Shown in pieces: positions 16,416 to 24,468 of a stretch of 64,000 bases of DNA. The position numbers and the translations under genes are program-made. A model generated the notes under the pieces. It was given only the letters and a program-made list of their open reading frames with translations, made no database searches and had not been told where the DNA came from. Origin of the DNA: Pseudomonadota bacterium (GTDB taxonomy: Bacteria > Pseudomonadota > Alphaproteobacteria > Rhodobacterales > Rhodobacteraceae). The DNA is taken from the NCBI GenBank assembly GCA_039193985.1, contig JBCCWG010000003.1, positions 12-64,011 of the forward strand, read 5' to 3'. Numbering within the stretch: position 1 is the first letter of the stretch; each line of letters starts with the position of its first letter.

Positions 16416-18053
16416 TCAGTTGCGTTCAACCCGGTAAATCGCTGACAGCTCGGTGTCGCGCACCAGGGTGAACTCCAAGGGCGACGTCTCCATCTCAGTC
16501 AGAACGATGTTCCGCACTGGCGGCGAGAACGCGCATTTCGGCACCAGCACATATTCGGTATCTTCCAGCCCCGTCAGGCCACCATAGTACCATGGCGCGC
16601 TGCCGTCAGGCGGCGTCACGGGCGCAAAAAACCAAAAGGCGGCCATCAGATCGGCAGTGAACAAACGGATTCCGTCGGGAAGCTCGGCTGCTAGAAGATC
16701 GGCGCTGTGGGTCTCAAAGTACCCTTTGGTGCCAGCAAGCCATCTGCACTCAGGGAAACGGATGCCATCGTACTCGACCACCTCGCCAACACCTGTCTCT
16801 GCATAAGGCGACCAAGGGCCTGGCTCCACATTGAAAAGAACCCGCGCTGTCATACTGTATGCACGATCCTGACGGATCATGATATCCGGGTGGCCCGCGC
16901 TTTCGGGCACCATGCGCACGAATTCGGACTTGTCGAAGCTCAGATGCGACAGCGGCGACATGGCCATATTCGCGAAGGACGGGAAAAAGAGGGCAAAGGC
17001 GGAAACGGCGCCCAGCGTTGCCGCGCGCTGTGCATCGAACCCAAAAAGTGACCCCTCCAATCGGGGCCGATACGCCAGAAGCAGGACGGGCAGGAACACC
17101 AACCAGTGCGGATCGTTCCCGAAGTTCTGATAGGTGACGTACATGAAACCCGGGATCAGAAACAAAGCCGCCAGACCCGTGGCATCCGGGGCAGCCCGAC
17201 GCAGGATGAGGACCGTAAGAATTCCGATCAGAGTTGCGCCCAGATGGGTGGGATCCGCCGCGATCTCATCAAACGACATTCCGACAGCAGGGCGCACATC
17301 GGTGCTGCTGACCAACCGAAGATCGTGCAGATAGGCCAGCCAGAACCCGAACCCATGTGCGATCGTCACAGTGGCAATAACCAACGCTCCGGCAATCAAG
17401 GCAGCTGTCAAACCACGCACGCGATGCATCTGCCAAAGCGCGATTGCAGCCACCGGCACCAACGCGACAAAGTAGGTGATCTTGAGCAAGAGCAGCGCCG
17501 CCGCCAGAAGCCCGATGAGACCGCCATCGAGCCGTGCGCGCGGCACCTTGTGCGCCGGAACAAAGGCCAGCAACAGCATGACGAAGGATATGGCCCAGGC
17601 CCAGCGGTTGTAATGCATCGAAATGCCAACACCCGAGATCGCCGTGCCATAGCTCAACGCCATTACTACGCCGAGTGTGGTCAAGCCGAAGTAAAGCGCC
17701 ACGCCGCGTGTCAATCGCGTACAGGCGGCGTAAGCGGCGAACGGCAACAGGCACAGTGCGACGGCCATCTGCGACAGGATCAACGCGGCCCCGGTCGGTT
17801 GCCCCACCTGCATGATCCAGTGCGCGGGCCAGAACGACAGCGCTCCGAGCGGCGTGACAAAATCCAGATGCGGAACGGCACCGCTTTGCATCCGCGTCAG
17901 GATATCCAACAGGTGGAATGTGTCGCCTTCATGCGAGTCGACAAATAACCCACCTGATGCCAGGGGCACGGCGCCATAGGCCAAAACGAAGACCGCAAAA
18001 ACACCCGTCAGAAGAAACCCTTCAGCTCTGCTCATTCCCCATCCTTTTTCCAT
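16416..18053 (-). CDS. Polytopic membrane protein, function unknown (GT-C-like architecture: ~10-11 TM helices plus ~170-aa C-terminal soluble domain)
   Basis: 545-aa ORF, hydrophobic through about residue 370. An acidic motif FVDSHEGD follows TM1. Convergent with cpaA with a 3-bp gap. The alternative ATG at 18035 has a better RBS. No family recognised by eye. Confidence 0.6.
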   Translation of the reverse strand: MEKGWGMSRAEGFLLTGVFAVFVLAYGAVPLASGGLFVDSHEGDTFHLLDILTRMQSGAVPHLDFVTPLGALSFWPAHWIMQVGQPTGAALILSQMAVALCLLPFAAYAACTRLTRGVALYFGLTTLGVVMALSYGTAISGVGISMHYNRWAWAISFVMLLLAFVPAHKVPRARLDGGLIGLLAAALLLLKITYFVALVPVAAIALWQMHRVRGLTAALIAGALVIATVTIAHGFGFWLAYLHDLRLVSSTDVRPAVGMSFDEIAADPTHLGATLIGILTVLILRRAAPDATGLAALFLIPGFMYVTYQNFGNDPHWLVFLPVLLLAYRPRLEGSLFGFDAQRAATLGAVSAFALFFPSFANMAMSPLSHLSFDKSEFVRMVPESAGHPDIMIRQDRAYSMTARVLFNVEPGPWSPYAETGVGEVVEYDGIRFPECRWLAGTKGYFETHSADLLAAELPDGIRLFTADLMAAFWFFAPVTPPDGSAPWYYGGLTGLEDTEYVLVPKCAFSPPVRNIVLTEMETSPLEFTLVRDTELSAIYRVERN

Positions 18054-18173
18054 TTTTTAGCCACAATAAAAGGTGATGGTCGTGTCTGAACAGGTGTGCC
18101 AAGGCTTATTGTTCAAAATCGGGCAACGGCGGGGCGCATCCCAGATTTCTATTGTGAAGGCAGGGTTTAGCCC

Positions 18174-19484
18174 ATGAATATGGAAACTTCGAACGTCGTC
18201 GCACCGCCGGCCCCACGCTCGATTGAAGGCATGAAGCTGGGTGTCGTGATGATGCGCGACATCCTTTTGAAAACGATGTTCCGCATGAACCTCGACTCTG
18301 CGGGCGACCTGTCCAAGGCGATGTGCCTTCCCCTCCCGGTAACCCAGGAACTGATCGACCTCGCGCGTGAACAAAAGCTGCTGCAGGCCACCGGTACGCT
18401 GCACGCGAACTCTGGCGGTGAAATGGGGTTCGAACTGACCGACGCCGGCAAGGCCCGCGCGCTCGATGCGCTGGCGCAGTCTGAGTACTACGGCGCAATG
18501 CCGGTCCCGCTGGAGGTTTATGCCGAACAGGTGAAACGCCAGTCGATCCGCAACATCCAGGTCACGCGCGACCAGCTTCTGGGCGCCATGGGCCACCTGA
18601 TTTTGCCCGATGAACTCCTCGACCATCTCGGGCCCGCGGTCTCCGCCGGTCGATCAATCCTGATGTACGGCCCGCCGGGCAACGGTAAGTCTTCGATCTC
18701 GAACGGTATTCGTGACGCACTTGGCGACAAGATTTATGTCCCTCGCGCCATTGAGTATTCGGGCCAAGTCATCACGGTCTATGACCCGATCGTGCACACG
18801 GCCGCGGAAGAGCAGGCAGACGACCCCAATTCGCTCCGCCGAACCTCGAACCGCTTTGATACGCGGTACGTCCTTTGCGAACGCCCAACGGTGATCACCG
18901 GTGGTGAATTGTCGCTCTCGATGCTCGATCTCGTCTACAACCCGACGGCCCGAACCTATCAGGCGCCGCTGCAGCTGAAATCGACCGGCGGCATCTTCAT
19001 CGTCGACGACCTTGGTCGTCAGGAAGAACCGCCACAGGCCCTGGTCAACCGCTGGATCGTTCCGTTGGAAGAAGCGAAAGACATCCTCGCCCTGCAATCG
19101 GGTGAGAAATTCGAAGTGCCTTTCGATACGCTCGTGATCTTCTCGACCAACTTCCACCCGAATGAGATCTTCGACAAAGCGGCGCTGCGTCGTATCTTCT
19201 TCAAGATCAAGATCGACGGCCCGGAACAGGAAGATTACCTCAAGATCTTCGCCATGGTTGCGCGGAAACGCAAAATGCCGCTGGACGAAGATACATTGGT
19301 CTATCTGATCAAGAACAAGTACCCGACCATCGACAACATCTATGCGAACTATCAGCCGATCTTCCTCATCGACCAGATGATTGCGATCTGCGAATTCGAA
19401 GGCATCCCTTATCAGATGTCCCCCGAACTGATCGACCGCGCCTGGGCGAATATGTTCGTCAAGGAAGAGAAGATCGTTCACTGA
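18174..19484 (+). CDS. AAA+ family ATPase with N-terminal helical/wHTH-like domain, function unknown
   Basis: Walker A LMYGPPGNGKSS, Walker B GIFIVDDLGRQ, sensor-1-like LVIFSTN and an Arg-rich ALRRIFFKI. Divergent from the 545-aa membrane protein gene. Confidence 0.8.
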   Translation: MNMETSNVVAPPAPRSIEGMKLGVVMMRDILLKTMFRMNLDSAGDLSKAMCLPLPVTQELIDLAREQKLLQATGTLHANSGGEMGFELTDAGKARALDALAQSEYYGAMPVPLEVYAEQVKRQSIRNIQVTRDQLLGAMGHLILPDELLDHLGPAVSAGRSILMYGPPGNGKSSISNGIRDALGDKIYVPRAIEYSGQVITVYDPIVHTAAEEQADDPNSLRRTSNRFDTRYVLCERPTVITGGELSLSMLDLVYNPTARTYQAPLQLKSTGGIFIVDDLGRQEEPPQALVNRWIVPLEEAKDILALQSGEKFEVPFDTLVIFSTNFHPNEIFDKAALRRIFFKIKIDGPEQEDYLKIFAMVARKRKMPLDEDTLVYLIKNKYPTIDNIYANYQPIFLIDQMIAICEFEGIPYQMSPELIDRAWANMFVKEEKIVH

Positions 19485-19512
19485 TCTCTGCACATCAGCG
19501 GACTACCACACA

Positions 19513-19542
19513 CACCCTCGCCCACACCGGCGAGGGTGTTTT
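19513..19542 (+). terminator. Rho-independent terminator after the AAA+ gene
   Basis: caccctcgcc-cacacc-ggcgagggtg followed by tttt. Confidence 0.65.
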
Positions 19543-19597
19543 GCGTCGCGCGCCACATCAACCCGTTTTTCACCATAATTAACTGATTCTAAATATA

Positions 19598-19615
19598 ATT
19601 TTCGCATGCGAAAAT
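19598..19615. promoter_or_regulatory. Perfect 18-bp palindrome upstream of the glycosyltransferase gene
   Basis: ATTTTCGCATGCGAAAAT in an AT-rich stretch. TTAA-N7-TAAA (19579-19593) lies just upstream, one mismatch from a CtrA-type box. Confidence 0.3.
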
Positions 19616-19708
19616 CGACCTGCGCGTAACTGGTTGGTAGAACAGTTTCCCGCCAAAACGGGGCGTGGCATTTCACAGTCCGGATGTTACGTTCTGCCCG
19701 AGCAGCAA

Positions 19709-20719
19709 ATGAGCGGTTTGATGGCAGACCCGACCCTTCTGACCTTCACTGTGATGAAGAACGAAGGCCCCTTCATTCTCGAATGGGTCGCGTGGCAGCG
19801 CCTTATGGGCGTCGATCATATCCTTGTGCTGACGAATGACTGCGACGACGGGACCGACCGGATCCTCGACGAACTGGACCGGATGGGGATCGTCACGCAT
19901 TTGCCAAACCCGTTGGTGATCTCGCCGCTGGACAGCGCGATGCGGCGCCAACCGCATATGGCCGGAATCGCCTACGCCAAGCGGCTCAGAATTTGGCGGG
20001 ATGCGGACTATGTCCTTTTGGCGGATGTCGACGAGTTTCCGTGCCTTCGCGGGGGCGACCCGTCCCTCAAGTCGCTTCTCAACCGGCTCGGTTGGCCCGA
20101 CGTTCTGACCATGCCGGAAACGGTCTTCAGCACAGGCGGGGTGGTCGAATTTCGCGACCGACCGGTGACCCAGCAATTCACCCACAGCTCAAGCATGACG
20201 CCCGGCAAATGGCGCAGCCGCCGCGGGTTCAAGTCAATCTCGCGCGTTGATCCGCGCCTTGTCATCCGCAATCACCGCCCCATCGCCAAAGCGCAGGTTG
20301 CACCGTCTCTCAATTGGGTTGACGGGTCGGGGAACCGGTTTCCGGACGACCTGCGGCATGTCCACCAGAAGGGCTCGGATGCAAGAGGTATGTTCGATCT
20401 GGTGACGGTGAACCACTATGCCCTGCGGTCGCTCGAAAGCTTTCTGGTCAAACACGCGCGTGGCGACGCGGTGGTCGCAGGGCGCATCGATCACACCTAT
20501 TTCCGCCGCAGAAACCGGCACAAGGGCCCGAACACCGAGATGCTCGCGAATGGTACCAGGTTGGAAGAGGAAATCGCGACCCTGAAGACCAACCAGCGCC
20601 TTGCCGATTTGCACGCCGCAACGGTCGAAGCGCATGTCGCGAAGATACGCAAGCTCAGGGATCAGCCCATCTTTCAGGAACTTCGCGAACTGGCAGGTGT
20701 TGCCCGCGCTGATGTCTGA
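19709..20719 (+). CDS. Glycosyltransferase (GT2/GT92-like, GT-A fold)
   Basis: The N-terminus LTFTVMKNEGPFILEWVAWQRLMGVDHILVLTNDCDDGTDRIL and the later LLADVDEF (DxD-like) resemble Glyco_tranf_2_4/GT92-type proteins. The start is uncertain (ATG at 19709 or 19721). Confidence 0.6.
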   Translation: MSGLMADPTLLTFTVMKNEGPFILEWVAWQRLMGVDHILVLTNDCDDGTDRILDELDRMGIVTHLPNPLVISPLDSAMRRQPHMAGIAYAKRLRIWRDADYVLLADVDEFPCLRGGDPSLKSLLNRLGWPDVLTMPETVFSTGGVVEFRDRPVTQQFTHSSSMTPGKWRSRRGFKSISRVDPRLVIRNHRPIAKAQVAPSLNWVDGSGNRFPDDLRHVHQKGSDARGMFDLVTVNHYALRSLESFLVKHARGDAVVAGRIDHTYFRRRNRHKGPNTEMLANGTRLEEEIATLKTNQRLADLHAATVEAHVAKIRKLRDQPIFQELRELAGVARADV

Positions 20720-23129
20720 CCCGCTGCCGCAGGCGTTTCACGACTGGTTCGCCTCACACGGCTGGTCAGCGCATCCCCATCAGCTTGACATGGCGGACCG
20801 CGCCGATGCGCCGGCCCTTTTGCTGATCGCACCGACCGGTGGCGGCAAAACGCTTGCGGGGTTTCTTCCAACACTGGCCGAACTTTCAGACGGCGGTCAC
20901 GATGGGTTGCACACCATCTATGTCTCACCGCTCAAGGCGCTGGCGGCTGACATCCGTCGCAACCTCAGCCGCCCTATCGCTGACATGGGCCTGCCGATCC
21001 GGGTGGAAGACCGCACCGGCGACACGTCGGCCACGCAAAAGAAACGCCAGCGCACCGATCCGCCGCATATCCTGCTGACCACGCCTGAGAGCCTTGCGCT
21101 GCTCCTGTCATACGAAGACGCGCCGGCCATGTTTGCCGGGCTGTCGCGTGTGATCGTTGACGAAATCCATGCGCTGGCGGATTCAAAGCGCGGCGATCAA
21201 TTGATGCTGGCGCTGGCTGAACTGCAGGGGATGTGCCCCGATCTGCGACGTGTCGGGCTGTCGGCGACGGTCGAGGACCCAAGGGCCATAGCGCGATTCC
21301 TCGCGCGCCACCCCGACCCCTGCCCGGTCCTGCAGGCCGATCCGGGGCCCGACCCCGACATCGCGATGCTGACCACCGACGAAATGCCGCCCTGGTCCGG
21401 GGGTGGCGCTGCGTATGCCATTCCGGCCGTTCTGGACGAGGTCCGGAAACACCGCACCACGCTGATCTTTCACAACACGCGCGCGCAGGCCGAGATCTTC
21501 TTCCACGCGCTCTGGATGCAGAACGAAGACGGGCTGCCGATCGGCATTCACCACGGGTCGCTTGCCAAGGCGCAGCGACAAAAGGTTGAAGCGGCGATGG
21601 TCGCGGGCGAATTGCGTGCCATCGTCTGCACCGGCACCTTGGATCTGGGCATCGACTGGGGCGATGTCGACCTGATCATCCAGGTCGGTGCGCCCAAGAA
21701 CGTCAAACGGCTGGTGCAGCGGATCGGGCGCGCGAACCACAACTACAACGCACCATCCAAGGCGCTGATCGTGCCTGCGAACCGGTTCGAGGTCGTCGAA
21801 TGCGTCGCGGCCCTGCAAGCTGTACGCGAGGCCGAGTTGGACGGCGATCCGCGCGGCCCCGGGCCACGCGACGTGCTCTGCCAGCACATCCTGATCCGCG
21901 CCTGTCGCGGGCCGTTCGATCCAAGCGATCTGTTTGACACGTTGCGCACTGCCGGGGCCTATACGGACCTGACCCGCCCGGCCTTTGAAGAATGCTTGGA
22001 GATGATGGCCACCGGCGGCTATGCGCTCCGCGCCTACGATCGCTGGCAAAGGCTGAAAGAGCGCAAGGACGGGTTGTGGGAGTTGCGCGATCCCCGCGCA
22101 GCCGCGCATATCCGGCGCAATCTTGGGACGATCCAGGACACGGAAACGCTCAAAGTGCGGCTCAAGAACCGGATGGGCGGTCGCCCTCTGGGCGAGATCG
22201 AGGAAGGGTTCGCCGCCACGCTTTCCCCCGGCGACACGTTCCTGATCGGCGGTCAGATCGTGCGCTACGAAGGCTTGAAGGAAATGACGGTCGAGGTCAC
22301 GCGCCGCGCCGACAAGGCCCCCAAGATCGCCACGTTCAACGGCTCGAAGTTTTCAACTTCGACCCAACTGACCCACCGCATCCTGCGCATGTTCGCGGCG
22401 CGCGACTGGACCGGGTTACCCGACCACACCAAAGGGTGGCTCGAGCTGCAGGCCCGCCGGTCGCGGCTGCCGCAATCCGACCGGATCCTCGTTGAAAGCT
22501 TTCCGCATGACGGGCGGCAAAGCACCTGCATCTATGGGTTTGCCGGGCGCAATGCGATGCAGACGCTTGGCCTCCTCATCACCAACCAGTTGGAAGCGCA
22601 GGGGCTGGCGCCGCTGGGCTTTGTGTCAACCGATTACGCTGTGCTGATCTGGGGGCTGGAACAGGTGCCCGACCCCGCCCCGATGTTCGAAGATGGCGCC
22701 TTGCGCGCGGCCTTTGCAACATGGATGTCCGGCAATGCCGTCATGAAGCGCACCTTCCGCGCAACCGCCGTTGTTTCCATGATGCTGGAACGCAACTATG
22801 GGGCGCAGCGCCGGTCGGGACGGCAAGCCACGTTCTCGTCCGACATACTCTATGACACGCTGATCAAATACGACCCCGACCACCTGTTGCTGAAGATCAC
22901 GCGCGAAGAGGCGATGCGCGGTTTGGTCGACTTTGGCCGGATCGAAGAGATGCTGCAGCGCACCGGCGGGCGTGTCGATCATGTCATCCTTGACCGCGTC
23001 ACCCCCCTCGCCGCCCCGCTGTTCCTTGAACCGGGGCGCATCCCGATTGCGGGCGAGGGCCGCGAGCGCATTCTGGCCGCCGAGGCCGAGCGTTTGATGG
23101 CCGAAGCGGGTCTGGATGCGGTCGGCTGA
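20712..23129 (+). CDS. lhr: Lhr-like / ligase-associated DNA-damage-response DEXH-box helicase
   Basis: The ATG at 20712 overlaps the upstream stop (ATGTCTGA). APTGGGKTLAG (motif I), VIVDEIHAL (DEIH), GLSATV (motif III), HHGSL, GTLDLGIDWGDVD and QRIGRANH (motif VI). About 805 aa with a long C-terminal domain. Confidence 0.85.
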   Translation: MSDPLPQAFHDWFASHGWSAHPHQLDMADRADAPALLLIAPTGGGKTLAGFLPTLAELSDGGHDGLHTIYVSPLKALAADIRRNLSRPIADMGLPIRVEDRTGDTSATQKKRQRTDPPHILLTTPESLALLLSYEDAPAMFAGLSRVIVDEIHALADSKRGDQLMLALAELQGMCPDLRRVGLSATVEDPRAIARFLARHPDPCPVLQADPGPDPDIAMLTTDEMPPWSGGGAAYAIPAVLDEVRKHRTTLIFHNTRAQAEIFFHALWMQNEDGLPIGIHHGSLAKAQRQKVEAAMVAGELRAIVCTGTLDLGIDWGDVDLIIQVGAPKNVKRLVQRIGRANHNYNAPSKALIVPANRFEVVECVAALQAVREAELDGDPRGPGPRDVLCQHILIRACRGPFDPSDLFDTLRTAGAYTDLTRPAFEECLEMMATGGYALRAYDRWQRLKERKDGLWELRDPRAAAHIRRNLGTIQDTETLKVRLKNRMGGRPLGEIEEGFAATLSPGDTFLIGGQIVRYEGLKEMTVEVTRRADKAPKIATFNGSKFSTSTQLTHRILRMFAARDWTGLPDHTKGWLELQARRSRLPQSDRILVESFPHDGRQSTCIYGFAGRNAMQTLGLLITNQLEAQGLAPLGFVSTDYAVLIWGLEQVPDPAPMFEDGALRAAFATWMSGNAVMKRTFRATAVVSMMLERNYGAQRRSGRQATFSSDILYDTLIKYDPDHLLLKITREEAMRGLVDFGRIEEMLQRTGGRVDHVILDRVTPLAAPLFLEPGRIPIAGEGRERILAAEAERLMAEAGLDAVG

Positions 23130-23301
23130 AAAAGTTTGCCTCGATGGGAATAAACCTGACGGCCCGCGCGTAACCCATGTGACGCGCAAGAGGTACCTGT
23201 TCAGTCTCCCCACCTTGTGACGAGTGTTCGCGTCAAAATGTGTGTGTAAGCGCGGCTGCCAAGCCGGTCATGTCCCGTCCGGTAAGGCAGCCGCATCACC
23301 A

Positions 23302-24468
23302 CTAATCGCAGAGGCTGTCCACGACTTTCGCAAGAAACGCCTCACCGGCCGCGAACTGCTCCAGACTGATGTACTCGTCCGCCTGATGCGCCTGCTCGAT
23401 GTTGCCCGGGCCGCAAATGACCGCCGAGATGCCCGCCGTCTGAAAATGCCCCGCTTCGGTGCCGTAGCTGACAACGTGGTCGGCATTGTCACCGGTCATC
23501 CGACGCACCAGTCCTTCGGCCGGCCCGTGATCCTCGGGCACCAGTCCGGGCACGTCTTCACCTTGCGAGACCGAGATGCGCGCTGTCGGTGCAATCACCT
23601 GCATCTGCGCCTCGACCGCAGCAATCTCGGCCCGCAAGGCACCCATCCAACCCGGTGCGTCGTCGTCGGGAACGAACCGCATCTCCATCACAAAGCGGCA
23701 ATCCCCGGCAGTGATGTTATGCGCCGTGCCACCTTGAATTTTGCCGACATGCAGCGTGGTCCAGGGCGGGTTGAAGATCGCAGCGATTTGCGAGGGCGGC
23801 CTGGCCTGGCTTTCCGCGTTGCGCCGGTTGGCCCATTCGATCAGCCGTGCGGCTTCGTGGATGGCGCTGACACCGGTGTGCATCAGCGAGGAATGCACTT
23901 CGAACCCCTTGATATGTATGTCGAACGCAACGCTGCCCTTGTGGCCCGTCACGCAGGCCATCATCGACGGTTCGCCGATGATCGCAGCCTCCGCTTTGGG
24001 CAAACCAGCCTCGGCCATAGCCGCAATCAAAGGCGGGGCGCCGGCACAGCCGATTTCTTCGTCATAGGAAAACGCGATCTGCAAAGGCCGCTTCAGGTCA
24101 CTATTCATCGCGCGCTGCAACGCGTGCAAGGCCAGTGCATCGAACCCCTTCATGTCGCAGGTGCCGCGCCCGTAAAGCTTGCCGTCCCGCTCGGTCACCG
24201 TCCAAGGATCCGAAGTCCAGACCTGGCCATCGACCGGCACCACATCGGTATGGCCCGACAAAACAATGCCCCCCGGCACATCAGGGCCCACCGAACAGAA
24301 GATCGCGTGCTTGGTCGGCTCATCTGGTTTGACGTGACGATGGGCGGTGATGCCGAGACCGGTCAGATAGGTTTCCACCCAATCGACCAGCGGAATGTTT
24401 GTGTCGCGGCTCACCGTCGGGAAGGATACGAGTGAATTCAGGATGTCGCGCGCGGACAGGTCACCCAC
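23302..24468 (-). CDS. M20-family metallo-deacylase (acetylornithine deacetylase ArgE-like)
   Basis: LSGHTDVVPV, GRGTCDMKG, SYDEEIG and GTEAG motifs. Overlaps the ABC ATPase stop by 8 bp. Confidence 0.8.
   Translation of the reverse strand: MGDLSARDILNSLVSFPTVSRDTNIPLVDWVETYLTGLGITAHRHVKPDEPTKHAIFCSVGPDVPGGIVLSGHTDVVPVDGQVWTSDPWTVTERDGKLYGRGTCDMKGFDALALHALQRAMNSDLKRPLQIAFSYDEEIGCAGAPPLIAAMAEAGLPKAEAAIIGEPSMMACVTGHKGSVAFDIHIKGFEVHSSLMHTGVSAIHEAARLIEWANRRNAESQARPPSQIAAIFNPPWTTLHVGKIQGGTAHNITAGDCRFVMEMRFVPDDDAPGWMGALRAEIAAVEAQMQVIAPTARISVSQGEDVPGLVPEDHGPAEGLVRRMTGDNADHVVSYGTEAGHFQTAGISAVICGPGNIEQAHQADEYISLEQFAAGEAFLAKVVDSLCD

Noticed and set aside
23224-24435. 403-aa ORF on the plus strand
   Set aside because: It is antisense to the M20 deacylase gene, which has clear metal-binding motifs. 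The translation is low-complexity and Arg-rich, so it is a spurious high-GC ORF.
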